From Squalus acanthias (lineage: Eukaryota): 64,000 bases of DNA. Made by a program: the position numbers and the translations under genes. The notes beneath the pieces are model-generated. The model worked only from the letters and a program-made list of their open reading frames with translations. It made no database searches and was not told the origin of the DNA. Where the stretch lies: positions 93,684,001 to 93,748,000 of the forward strand of contig CM059432.1 of the NCBI GenBank assembly GCA_030390025.1. Direction: 5' to 3'. Of this stretch, positions 1 through 11,609 are shown piece by piece (within the stretch, counting starts at the first letter, position 1; every line of letters starts with the position of its first letter).

Positions 1-1153
1 GCCCCCCTCACGCTCAAGTATCTTCGGGAGAGGGAGCAGAGGCAGCGAAGAAGTCAAGAAGATACGCGCAGAGAGAGGAGGAGGAGGAGGGCCAGGGGGC
101 TCTCCACAGGAGGCCTTACCCACCTAGAGTCTTCTGAGAGCACTTCTCTTATATCCACTTAAGCGAAGAGCAGTGTATTAGGATGCTCTGCTTCACCAAG
201 GAGGTGGTCACAGAACTCTGCCACCTCCTGCAACCAGACCTGCAGCCTGAGCTCCTAGTGGCAGTCAAAGTCACCGTGGCCCTCAATTTCTTTGTCAGCA
301 GTTACATCCAGTCTGTAGCAGGAGACATAGCTAACATCTCACAGTTCGCTGTCCATTGCTGCATCTGGGAGGTCACTGAGGCTTTCTACACCAGGAGAAG
401 GGACTACATTTTCTTCTCTCTCAGCAGAGAGAAGCAGGACGAGTGCGCATGTGGCTTTGCCAGGATAGCGGGCATCCCCATGATGCAGGATGCCATCAAC
501 TGCACTCACGTGGCTTTGCGGGCACCGCATAACAATCCTGAGATCTCCTATAACTGCAAAGGCTACCACTCACTTAATGTGCATTTGGTGTGTGACCACA
601 CCCAGCACTTCCTGATGGTCAGTTCCCGCTATCCTGGCAGCAGCCATGATGCCTTCACCCTGCGTCAGTCTGATGTGCCAGCAATCTTCCAGCCACCACA
701 TAAAACTCGAGGGTGGCTGCTCGGAGACAAGATTCTATCCGCTCTGCACTTGGCTCATGATTCCTCTCCGCAACCCCAACACTCATGCCCAGCACTCATA
801 TAATGAGACTCATGCTTCCACCAGGAACATCATCAAGCAGACCATCGAGCTACTGAAGCAACAGTTCCACTACCTTGACCACTCGGGAGTAGCCCTCCAG
901 TAGTCGGCAGAGCGGGTGTCCCATTTCGTGGTGGTCTGCTGCGTGCTTCACAACTTGGCCATCATGAAGGTGTAGCCATACCACCAGGGATTGGGGGACC
1001 ACCTCAGGAGGAGGATGAGGGAAAGGAGGAGGAGGAGGAAGAGGAAGATGAGCAAGAGGAAGAGGACAAGTAGGAAGGGAGGAAGCAGGAAGCAAATCCT
1101 CCTTCCAAAGGACTGTCCGTGAACGCCTCATCAGACTCCGATTCCAACAAATG
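1..1153 (+). pseudogene. Harbinger (HARBI1-like) DDE transposase, disrupted
   Basis: Motifs AINCTHV (first catalytic D replaced by N), YPGSSHD, WLLGDK and RNIIKQTI, plus an acidic tail. Frameshift near 730 and stops near 135 and 901. Confidence 0.9.
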
Positions 1154-1367
1154 AAACCCCAGATCCCCGTTGCTCACCACATCCCCATCATACCATCCCT
1201 TTGTCACAGAATATTACAGCATCCTCCTGGGCACAAAGCTGAAATGAGAGTCACCACAAAAGATTCCAAACAAAATTAACAAATTTGTCAAAAATCAATT
1301 GAAACATACAATATGAACTAATTACGCTTGTGCAATTCCTTAGTGCCCATCATTCGTGTGCCTTTTC

Positions 1368-3161
1368 CTACTCTAGTGCTCCCACAGTGGCTGCAGCATA
1401 GCTGGTGGAAGGCTGCTGACTTTCTGTGGGGGAGACTGCAGATGGCCTTGCAGGACGACCTCGAGCAGCTGTGGCCCGAGAAGGCTCGGCTGTAGACATC
1501 ACCACCTCGGCATGGGAGGCAGCAGTCTGGGCTGGCTGGCTGACAGGCAGCAGCAAGGGCAATGACGAAGTGGCAGAGGTCGGAATAGGAATGCTGTCAT
1601 CCTGAGAGAGGACAGCAGGGTCCTGCTCCACTGACCCACTGCCACTTATCCGGCGCAGAGCCTCAGCATTCCTAGCAATCTGTTGGAGCACAGATTGCTG
1701 GGCTGCTGTGACACCCTGCAAGCCAAGTTCGACAGTGGTAAACGTAGCCATGATGGCAGCAGTCTGAGCATGGGTGGCATCAAGCTGAGATTGCATGAGA
1801 GCAGTCTGAGCTTGGATGATATCAACCTGAGACTTCAGGAGAGCGCACTGCACTTCTGCTGCAGCACTAAGACTTTGGGTCGCTTCCACCTGTGCTGCAA
1901 TGGCAGCCGCGACATCGCCAATCACATGCAGCATCATGTCTGGGTCGACACGGTCTCTTCGGGAGTTTTCCATCATTTCCAGCCTGAAAATCCTGGGCTC
2001 CAAACTCTGCACAGAGCCCCGTGCAATGTTGGAGGCGGACTCCTCCATGCTCCGTGACATTGCCAGGAGGCTTTCTGGCAGGCTTGCCATTGCACTTAGC
2101 AATTCGGTGTGCATGCCCATCACTTTTCTTCTGAAGGCCGCTCCATCGAGGTCCTCATCCGAGTCCTGTGCAGAACTTGTGCATGAACTCGCCCTTCCAG
2201 GAGCTACTCTTTCCCTTATGCCCGGTGCCTCACCCTGTGCAGATCCCACTACTACACTAGCCTCTAAAGTATGCGCAATGCCAGTTTCGGGGACAGGCTG
2301 TCCGGGTGTTTGGTCTTGATTACCTGAAAGCAGAAAGGCACAAGAGTTGGATTTTAGTAAAGGGAGGGGCAGGGGAAGCAAGATATGCATGCATACAGCA
2401 TCAGCAGCTTGAAAGTGAGAAGAGATTGTGGGATGAGGGGGAAGTGGGATGTGAGATGAAGCATTAGGAATGAGCATACCATTGCTGTCCCCAAGGGATT
2501 CAACCTCGTCGGTTGCCACGGCCTCTATTATCTGCCGTCCATTGATCTCCAGCACTCTCTTGTCCAGCTGGCTGTGGTCCTGGATGGCAGCCTGACCCCC
2601 CGCCTGTCTGCCGCTGCTCCCTCCGATTATGCACGACCTTGGCCTGCAAGAGAAAGAGAAGTACGTCAGTGAGTGTGCTGCAATGTGTTTGGGTGATGTG
2701 CCTGCCATGGTTAAATAGCTGTCAGTGTGTGCAAGGTGTGAGATATGGGTGTGAGTGTTGCAACAATGATAAGGTTGTGAGAGTGAAGTGAAGCTCTGAT
2801 TGTGAGGTGTGAGTGGTGATAGGTAGAGATTGTTGGTAGGTGAGTGCTGGGGGTGTCGTGCATTGAGCAGTGTGTGAGGCTTGTGGTGGAGATGATGGGA
2901 TATGGCATTTGCTGAAGCCTTCACTCACCTGACCTGCGTGTGAGGTAATCATACATCTTGCGGCACTGGATGGTTGACCACAGTGCTGGCCGTCACATAA
3001 TCGGCTATCTCCTGCCAGAGCCTTCAAGAGGTGTGTGGCGAGGACTTCCTGTCAGTGTGTGGGAAGAGGACAGCCTGCCTCCTTTCCATGGCCATGACCA
3101 GTGCCTCAAGAGCCATGTTGTAGAATCTGCGGGCTGTCTCCCTTTGCTGAGGCTCCCCCAT
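1368..3161 (-). pseudogene. Harbinger Myb/SANT-like DNA-binding protein gene, 3 exons (3161-2929, 2643-2480, 2323-1368), disrupted
   Basis: Exon 1 reads RF..ALEALV..ERRQAVLFP..LWQEIA; GT-AG introns; exon 2 reads AKVVHNRREQRQTGGG; C-terminal AVLSQDDSI and QQPSTS motifs shared with copies at 24.5 and 27.3 kb. Confidence 0.85.
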
Positions 3162-3616
3162 TTGTTTGCATTGCCGTTTTCTTCCAGCTGCAGTTGTGAG
3201 TGTCTTGACAATGAGGTGCTGTAGCATCAATGCACCTCCCCTTTAAGTACTGAATAAAGCCTGTGCCAGACATGACTGGGAATTAGACTGGACCTGATAT
3301 TTGCCCACCTGTTGAGCGGTAAGCTAGTGAGCAGCGGTTTTAGCGCTGAGATCAAGACTACAATAATGTTAATGAAGACTGAGCACGAATTTTGCGTGCT
3401 ACCTAGACTATTTTGACCTGGCGCAGCTTAACATCGTTGGGCCTTAACACTGCCCGTTTCATGGCCACATCCAATTTCTAGGCCAGTATCTTTTATTTCA
3501 GCATAATAACCACAAATAAAAGTGTTTAAGCTGAAAAAGTTTGACAGCCAATTCAGTATTTCCCAGGTACTATGAGGAAATGGAGGTACAAAATATCTGA
3601 CAATCTGGAAAGACTT

Positions 3617-3969
3617 GTTAATAGTACATTTACATTTAGAATGTTTTTTCTTTTTGGGTCCCTCATGGCTGTTCACAGCTGTGCTCTCTCTGTCAGCCAG
3701 AGGAGAGTATTTGGACCTCAGGCTTTTCTAGAGCTTCTGTACAGTGAGTGGGGACTTCTCCTGCCCGTTTACCTTCCCACTGGAATGCTCCTTTATGATG
3801 AAATGCTCTAAATAGTGGCCCACCTGAGCACTCAATGTCCAATCTAAGAACTGACACTCCTCATCTTGGCAAATATAAAAATCAGCAAAGGGTCCTTCTG
3901 GAGGCACTAGGCTGCACAGATGCTTCTTTTTGTAAGCATTCGGCATCTTTGAGGGATTATGAAATGCAA
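3617..3969 (-). pseudogene. Candidate terminal exon of an unidentified disrupted host gene
   Basis: Non-repetitive, protein-like frame AFHNPSKMPNAY...GPFADFYICQDEECQFLDWTLSAQVGHYLEHF..QKL*KSLR...PKKKKHSKCKCTIN. AG acceptor at 3971-3970; TAG at 3730-3728. Confidence 0.5.
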
Positions 3970-3973
3970 CTAG

Positions 3974-6950
3974 GAACATAGAAACAGGAGTAGGCCATTC
4001 AGCCCCTCGAGCCTATTCAATGAGATCATGGCTGATCTGCGACCTAACTCCATATACCCGCCTTTGGCCCGTATCCCTTAATATCTTTGGTTAACAAAAA
4101 GTTATCAATCTCAGATTTAAAATTAACAATTGATCTAGCATCAATTGCCATTTGCGGAAGAGAGTTGCAAACGTCTACCACCCTTTGTGTGTAGAAGTGC
4201 TTCCTAATTTCACTCCTGAAAGGTCTGGCTCTAATTTTTAGACTATGCCCCCTAGTCCTAGAATCCCCAACCAGCAAAAACAGTTTCTCTCTATCTACCC
4301 TATCTGTTCCCCTTAATATCTTGAAAACTTCAATCAAATCACCCCTTAACCGTCTAAATTCCAGGGAATACAACCCTCTTTAGTGCCATTATTTTCTTCA
4401 TTACTGTTAGTTTACTTACGTTAATTTTATTGAGTCCCTGTCCCCAATTCAATATTAATTTCCTTGGGATTTCTGGCATGCTATCCTCTTTTACTGTAAA
4501 TACTGACACAAAGTAATAATTCAACATGTCCGCCATTTCCTTATTATCAGTTTTTAAGGGGCCAACATTGCTCCTGACTACCCTCTTTTTCCTAATGTAA
4601 TTGTAAAAATTCTTTGTATTGATTTTGATATCCCTTGCAAGTTTCTTTTCATACTCCCTTTTTGTAGCTCTATCTGTTTTGTGACCTTTTGCTGTTCTTT
4701 GTATCTTTCCCATTTGCCAGGATCTGTGCTATTTTTTGCATTTTTGTACACTTTTTCTTTTAGTTTTATGCTGTCCCTTACCTCTTTAGTCATCCATGGC
4801 TTTTTTTTTTGGCAAGTAGAGGTCTTGCCCCTTAGGGGTATAAACTGGTTCTGTATCACCTTAAATTCTTTTTTGAACATCTCCCACTGATCTTCTGTTG
4901 TTTTACCCATTAACAGATTTGCCCAGTTTACTGTGGACAGTCTCTGCCTCATCCCATTGAAGTTGACTTTACCTAAATCTAGAATCTTAGCTGTTTCATG
5001 TTTCTCCATTTCAAGCGCTACGTTGAACTTGATCATGTTATGATCACTATTGGATAAATGTTCACGCACAGTTAGGCTGTTAACTTAACTCTGGCTCATT
5101 ACTAAATCTAATATGGCTTTCCCCCTTGTTGCCTCCAGGACATTTTGTTGCTGAAAAGTATCCCGGACACATTCAAGAAATTCACTACCTTTCTGACAGG
5201 TAGTCTGCTTATCCCAATCTATATGAAAGTTAAAATCCCCATTAAAACCACTCTGCCTTTACTACACGCTTGTCTAATCTCTGCATTTATATAATCTAGC
5301 ACTTCACAGCTGCTACCAGGGGACCTATACACAACTCCCAGTCTTAAATCCTTTCCTATTTCTTAATTCTACCCATAAAGTCTCCACTGCCTGCTTACCT
5401 CTCTTTATATCCTTTCTTATCATTGAAGTGATTTCATCCTTAATCACTAAGGCTACTCCTCCCCCTCTGCCATTTTCCCTATCTTTCCTGTAGAACTTAT
5501 AACCTGGTAGTTTTCCCTTTACCTGTAATGCCTAAAGCACAATTTCTGACTGTTACCCTACTTTCTTCCCTTTCATTTGTTTTTGAACTACTAGTTGTAC
5601 TACAATTTCCACCTGAGCCCTCCCCCCCCCCCCCCCCCCCCCATTTACTAGTTTAAAGTCCTTGTGACCGTACTATTTATTCTTTCCGTTAGGACCCTGG
5701 TCCCAGACTGGTTCAGGTGGAGCCCGTCCCAACGGTACAGTTCCTTCTGTCCCCAATACTGGTGCCAGTGCCCCATGAAATGGAATCCCTCTTTCCCACG
5801 CCACTCCTTTAGCCACATGCTCACTTCCCTAATCAGCTTATCCCTATGCCAATTTGCATGTGGCTCAGGTAATAATCCAGAGATTATAACCCTTGAGGTC
5901 CTGTTCTTTAATTTAGCTCCTAGTTCCTGATACTCCCCAAACAGGACCTCGTGCCTACTCTTCCCTATGTTGCTGGTCCCAACATGGACCACAACGACTG
6001 GATCCTCCCCCTCCCTCTCTAAAATCCTTTCAAGCCGGTTCGAGATGTCCCTCATCCTGGCACCAGCTAGGCAACATACCATGTAGGACTCTCCATCTTG
6101 CTTAGAAAGGATGCTTTCTGTTCCCCTAATTATAGAATCTCCTACAACTACCACATTATGCTTCCTCTCCTCCTCTTCCTCCTCCAACTTTGGACAGCCT
6201 CCTGCTCCAAAGTGCCATGGTCCGCATTCTGACTGTCCTTCCGACAGTCTTTATCCTTATCCTCACAGGTAGCAAGTACATTGTACCTGTTGGATAGGAT
6301 CAGTTTCTGTGGATCCTTGTTCCCTTTCTTACCTGGGTTCCCCTTACTCTACACACTATCGGTCACACCAACCCCATTCTGATCCTGCACCTCTCTACGA
6401 GGTTGTGACTGAAGTCTGAAGCAAACTGTCCAGATACTCCTCCCCCTCCCTTATGTGTCAGAGTGTCTCCAACTCGCACTCCAGCCCAATGACTCTGAGC
6501 TGGAGAGACTCGAGACGGATACATCTACTGCAGATGTGTTCGCTCGGGACAGTCTCGCTGTCCACAAACTCCCACCTTGGGCAGTCCAGACACACAACCT
6601 GCTCTGCCATATCTTAGTCTAACCTTATTTTATTTATTTAAATAGTTAAAGTCTTTATTCAACAATTATTTATAGTTATATTAACTAGTTTAGCTAGTTA
6701 AGTTATTAATTTAATAAAGTGCGTTATAGTTTCCCAGCTCTTAGTTTAAACGACTGCCCTAGCTTAGAGAGAAAAAACGTTAATACTCACCAACCGTTCA
6801 CCTCCCTGTTGTCCTGTGACATCACTCCTTTTTTTTTGCTGTTTTTGAATTCACCGGATTTGTACTGCCGCCACCTTACCTCCCGCTGTATTTATCTGCC
6901 TCAGCTGCTGCCGACTCCTCGCAGGTCCGCACTGTCCTCGGTCTCCCACT
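3974..6950 (-). mobile_element. CR1-clade LINE with ORF1 and endonuclease, RT domain deleted
   Basis: ORF1 from ATG 6610 (MAEQVVCLDC..HICSRC zinc finger/zipper; SGNH esterase GDS..HVGT..DGLH at 6187-5648), APE remnants, and a jump from pre-RT to the C-terminal tail near 4377. CR1 3' tail at ~3974. Confidence 0.9.
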
Positions 6951-6959
6951 GTATTAAGC

Positions 6960-8900
6960 ATTAGCAGCAGGCCTTTTCCTTCATCAAAACATTAGCAAAC
7001 ACTCACAGCTCTGTAAACACTCCATCCCATTGCCAGCCTGTAACTGGAGGCTCTCCACCATCTCCCACAGGTGTATCTGTCCGAGAGTTGCAGATCTTGC
7101 TTCCTCTTCTGTCTGCTGAGCGGCCTGGTGCTGGCCATTCCTCCACCCTTGGTTGTCCTTTGCCTCTAGTTGTGCAGCTGTTTCTCCTGTAGATTCACAC
7201 ATGGTACAGACTATTTTGTAATGTGTTTTTTTTTAATTCGTTCATGGGATGTGGGCGTCGCTGGTAAGGCCAGCAATTATTGCCAATCCCTAATTGCCTT
7301 TGAGAAGGTGGTGTTGAGCCACCTTCTTGAACCACTGCAGTCCGTGTGGTGATGGTACTCCCACAGTGCTGTTAGGGAGGGAGTTCCAGGATTTTGACCC
7401 AGCGACGATGAAGGAACGGCGATATACTTCCAAGTCAGGATGGTGTGTGACTTGGAGGGGAACTTGCAAGTGATGGTGTTCCCATGCGCCTGCTGCCCTT
7501 GTCTTCTAGGTGGTAGAGGTCGCAGGGTTTGGGAGGTGCTGCCGAAGAATCCTTGGCGAGTTGCTGCAGTGCATCTTGTAGATTGTACACACTGCAGCCA
7601 CGGTGCGCCGGTGGTGGAGGGTGTGAATGTTTAAGGTGGTGAATGGGGTGCCAATCAAGCAGGCTGCTTTGTCGAGCTTCTTGAGTGTTGTTGGAGCTGC
7701 ACTCATCCAGGCAAGTGGAGAGTATTCCATCACACTCCTGACTTGTGCCTTGTAGATGGTGGAAAGGCTTTGGGGAGTAAGGAGGGGAGACACTCGCCGC
7801 AGAATACCCAGCCTCTGACCTGCGCTTATTGCCACAGTATTTATGTGGCTGGTCCAGTTAAGTTTCTGGTCAATGGTGACCCCCACAGGATGTTGATGGT
7901 GAGGGATTTGGCAATGGTAATGCCATTGAAAGTCAGGGGGCAGTGGTTAGACTCTTGCTTGTTGGAGATAGTCATTGCCTGGCACTTGTGTGGCGCGAAT
8001 GTTACTTTCCACTTATCAGCCCAAGCCTGAATGTCGTCCAGGTCTTGCTGCTTGCGGGCATGGACTGCTTCATTATCTGAGGAGTTGTGAATGACACTGA
8101 ACACTGTGCAGTCATCAGCTAACATCCCCACTTCTGACCTTATGATGGAGGGAAGGTCATTGATGAAGCAGCTGAAGATGGTTGGGCCTAGGACACTGCC
8201 CTGAGGAACTCCTGCAGCGATGTCCTGGGGCTGTGATGATTGACCTCCAACAATCACAACCATCTTCCTTTGTGCTAGGTATGACTCTAGCCAGTGGAGA
8301 GTTTTCCCCTGATTCCCGTTGACTTCAGTTTTACTAGGGCTCCTTAATGCCACACTCGGTCAAATGCTGCCTTGATGTCAAGGGCAGTCACTCTCACCTC
8401 ACCTCTGGAATTCAGCTCTTTTGTCCATGTTTGGACCAAGGCTGTAATGAGGTCAGGAGCCAAGTGGTCCTGGTGGTCCACCCAGGTGTATGCAGACATT
8501 CCCTTGTGAACAAGCCAGCGTGACCATGTGGTGATGAGTCATGCTTCCAGCAGCATTCCAACATCTGCATGGGAGCTTGTGCCCTCATTCACCTTGACCA
8601 GTATTTTGACAGCTTTAAAATCTTTCCAGCACTAAATGGCTAATCGTGTGGTGGTGAAGTTACTACCGTCCCACCCCAGTACCACCTCCATCCAGGCGGC
8701 ATAACTCCCTGGGTGCCAAAGAGTCTTTACCTTCTGGCCCTAATGTCTGCCAGAAATTTCTCTTACCAATGTTCAAATGCGGTTACAACTTTTGCTCTCT
8801 CAGTTCTCCTTCTTACTGACCTTTTGTTCCTGTGGACACTTCAGCCTTTCAACAGCTGCGGCCTGCCCCAATTTCCCTCCTTCCCACCTTGGGGAAAATG
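6960..8900 (-). mobile_element. Highly degraded Harbinger Myb-gene remnant interrupted by a LINE
   Basis: Exon-2-like EKQLHN*RQRTTKGGG after a CAG acceptor (~7187), and exon-1-like FLADIRARR*RLF..WMEV..CWKDF followed by a GTGAAT donor (~8590-8760). Confidence 0.5.
7226..8475 (-). mobile_element. 5'-truncated CR1/L2-group LINE (poly(A)-tailed family distinct from the CTATG-tailed CR1s)
   Basis: [27 protein letters not shown] motifs; poly(A) at 7226-7234; same family as 61613-62280. Confidence 0.85.
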
Positions 8901-9501
8901 AAGACAAATCTGGATATGCACTCGGGTGTACTACAAAAGCTCTTCCTGATTACGTCATTGGGACCTGGCTGCAATTTTTACTAGGTGGCTTGAGTGGGAA
9001 ATGGCAGTGAGTTTCCCGCCAGGCTAACCCAGCGAGGAAGTAGAGTGGGGCCTGAAGAGGCCTGAAAGCATAAGTTTTAAATCGCTTTTTACAATGCCCT
9101 CGTGGGCCAAAAGCAGAAGGAGTGACCCCACAAAGAAATCTTTGGCCTTCCCGGCGGCAGCCAATTTAACCAGTAACAAGTCGGATAGCCAGGTGGTGAA
9201 GCCCAGTCTTTGCTTGCTTACGCCTTTTATAGGTCGATTTCAGTGATTGGTGGCTGGTGTCATCGCCAATAAAAGAAGGAAGCAAGTGCCCCCAATTAAA
9301 GGGGCACAAACAATAAACCGTAAATTAAACCGAATTTAAATGAAACTTAAATCAAATCAGAATTTTGTTTCCAGGGGTAATGAAGCACTCCAGTCCCTCC
9401 GATGCCCACCGGTCGCGGAAGGCCTCAAACGTACCGGCAGACACCGCATGCTCGATCTCTAAGGACACCCAGGCGCGAACATAGCCGCAGAAGAGAGGCA
9501 G

Positions 9502-10592
9502 GCAGCATGGATACGAAATTGGCTACGTGACAGGAAACAGAGAGTAGTGGTGAACGGTTGTTTTTCGGACTGGAGGAAGGTATACAGTGGTGTTCCCCAG
9601 GGGTCGGTTTTAGCAACACTGCTTTTCTTAATATATATTAATGGACTTGGACGTGGGTGTACAGGGCACAATTTCAAAATTTGCAGATGACACAAACTTG
9701 GAAGTGTAGTGAACAGTGAGGAGGATAGTGATAGACTTCAGGAAGACAGAGACAGGCTGGTGAAATGGGCGGATGAAATTTAACGCAGAAAAGTGTGAAG
9801 TGATACATTTTGGTAGAAAGAATGAGGAGAGGACGTATAAACTAAATGGTACAATCCTAAAGGGGATGCACGAACAGAGAGACCTGGGGGTATGTGTGCA
9901 CAAATCATTGAAGGTGGCAGGGCAGGCTGAGAAAGCAGTTAAAAAGGCTTACGGGATCCTGGGCTTCATGAATAGAGGTATAGAGTACAAAATTGTGGAA
10001 ATTATGATGAACCTGTATAAAACACTGGTTCGGCCCCAACAGGAGTATTGTGTCTAATTCTGGGCACCACACTTTAGGAAGGATGTGAAGGCCTTGGAGA
10101 GGGTGCAGAAAAGATTTACGAGAATGATTCCAGGAATGAGGGACTTCAGTTATGTTGATAGACTGGAGAAGCTGGGGTTGTTCTCCTTGGAGCAGATAAG
10201 ATTGAGAGGAGATTTGATGGAGGTGTTCAAAATCATGAAGGGTCTGGACAGAGTAGATAGAGAGAAACTGTTCCCATTGGCAGAAGGGTCGAGAACCAGA
10301 GGACACAGATTTAAGGTGATTGGCAAAAGAACCAAAGGTAACGTAAGAAAAAACTTTTTTACGCAGCGAGTGGTTAAGATCTGGAATGCACTGCCTGAAA
10401 GGGTGGTGGAGGCAGACTCAATCTTATCTTTGAAAAGGGAGTTGGATAAGTATGCGAAGGAAAAAATTTTGCAGGGCTACGGGGAAAGGCTGGGGGAGTG
10501 GGACTAGTTGAGGTGCTCTTGCAGAGAGCCGGCACGGGTTCGACAGGCCAAATGGCCTTCTTCCGTGCTGTAACTATTCTATGATTCTATGA
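9502..10592 (+). mobile_element. 5'-truncated CR1 LINE inserted in Tx1 ORF2
   Basis: [12 protein letters not shown] and CR1 C-terminus; ATTCTATG x2 tail. Confidence 0.92.
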
Positions 10593-11609
10593 CTCTGTGT
10601 ATACATGGAACACGGACTCCTCCAGACTGCAGAAATTGCAGGCGGCCTGGGAGTCCGTGAACCTACTTCAAAATTTGTTGCACGGGACTGCTCCATGCAG
10701 CACCCCACACGCCAAGTCCCCAATAGAAAAGGGGAGGACTCCCGCGTAGAGAGCCCTCCACTGGGGACCCCTGCCTCCGCCGAATGGCAAGATGGCATGC
10801 CAAGGAGTGTCCGGACAGCAGACAAGGAAAACAAAGTGGAGAGTGATCATAAACAGCTCCCGCCGTGCAGAGTGGAAAGGCACGGAAGGGATCTCTGAGA
10901 GATGGCTCAAGCTGTGAGGCGCTGGCTCCCGAGGGAGGGGCCCTGGCGCCGATGAGAAATTCTGTCCGAAGGGGGTGAGCTCAGTCGGGATCGTTCCACA
11001 CGCTTGAGCTTCCTCGACACACCTAGTGGAGTCAGGGCCGAGCGCCTCTTTTAGCATCTCAATAGCTTTGGCCGCAGACTGGATGCCGTGCCAAGACATG
11101 CGCTGTGCCAGCTCCTCTGGCGACATCCAGCCCACTCCTCCGCCATCCAGTACATCCCTGACTCTTGTCACCTTGCCAGCCAGGGCCATCCCCTCCATCA
11201 ACCACCTGAAACCACGGTCATGGAGGTACGGATTCCTGAGCAGCAGCTCCCGGAGGCTAGCTGCCACTCCTGACAGGGGAGAACTCCAGCCGGAGGCGAC
11301 CATGTTCCAGATCCTGATCAGTTCCTGGTAAAAGACAGGAAGCTCCTGCAAGGAGGCATGGCTACACTAAAATTTTATAAACAGGACCTGCATGTCGTAA
11401 TTAAGGCCATGCAGTTGGCGGAAGAAAAACATCGCCAGTGCACACCATCTAGGAGGATCCTTAACATACAGGTATCGCTGCAGGGTCTGAAGATGGAAAG
11501 TCGCAGCCTGGGTACACACGCACACCAGCACCTGACTGCCCTCCCTAAGCGGGAGACTCAGAACCGCAGCAGAGACCCAATGCTTCTTTTTGTCCCAGGA
11601 GAAGTCAAC

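Larger units (their letters stand above)
1..3484. mobile_element. PIF/Harbinger DNA transposon, copy 1 (left end outside window), degenerate
   Basis: Convergent DDE transposase (+) and Myb/SANT gene (-). Right TIR AATTTCTAGGCC at 3473-3484 resembles the GGCCYAGAAATT ends of other elements in the window. Confidence 0.9.

Noticed and set aside
1368..2924. 518-aa ORF as a single-exon novel protein
   Set aside because: It reads through introns of the Harbinger Myb gene; GT-AG sites match those of the paralogous element.
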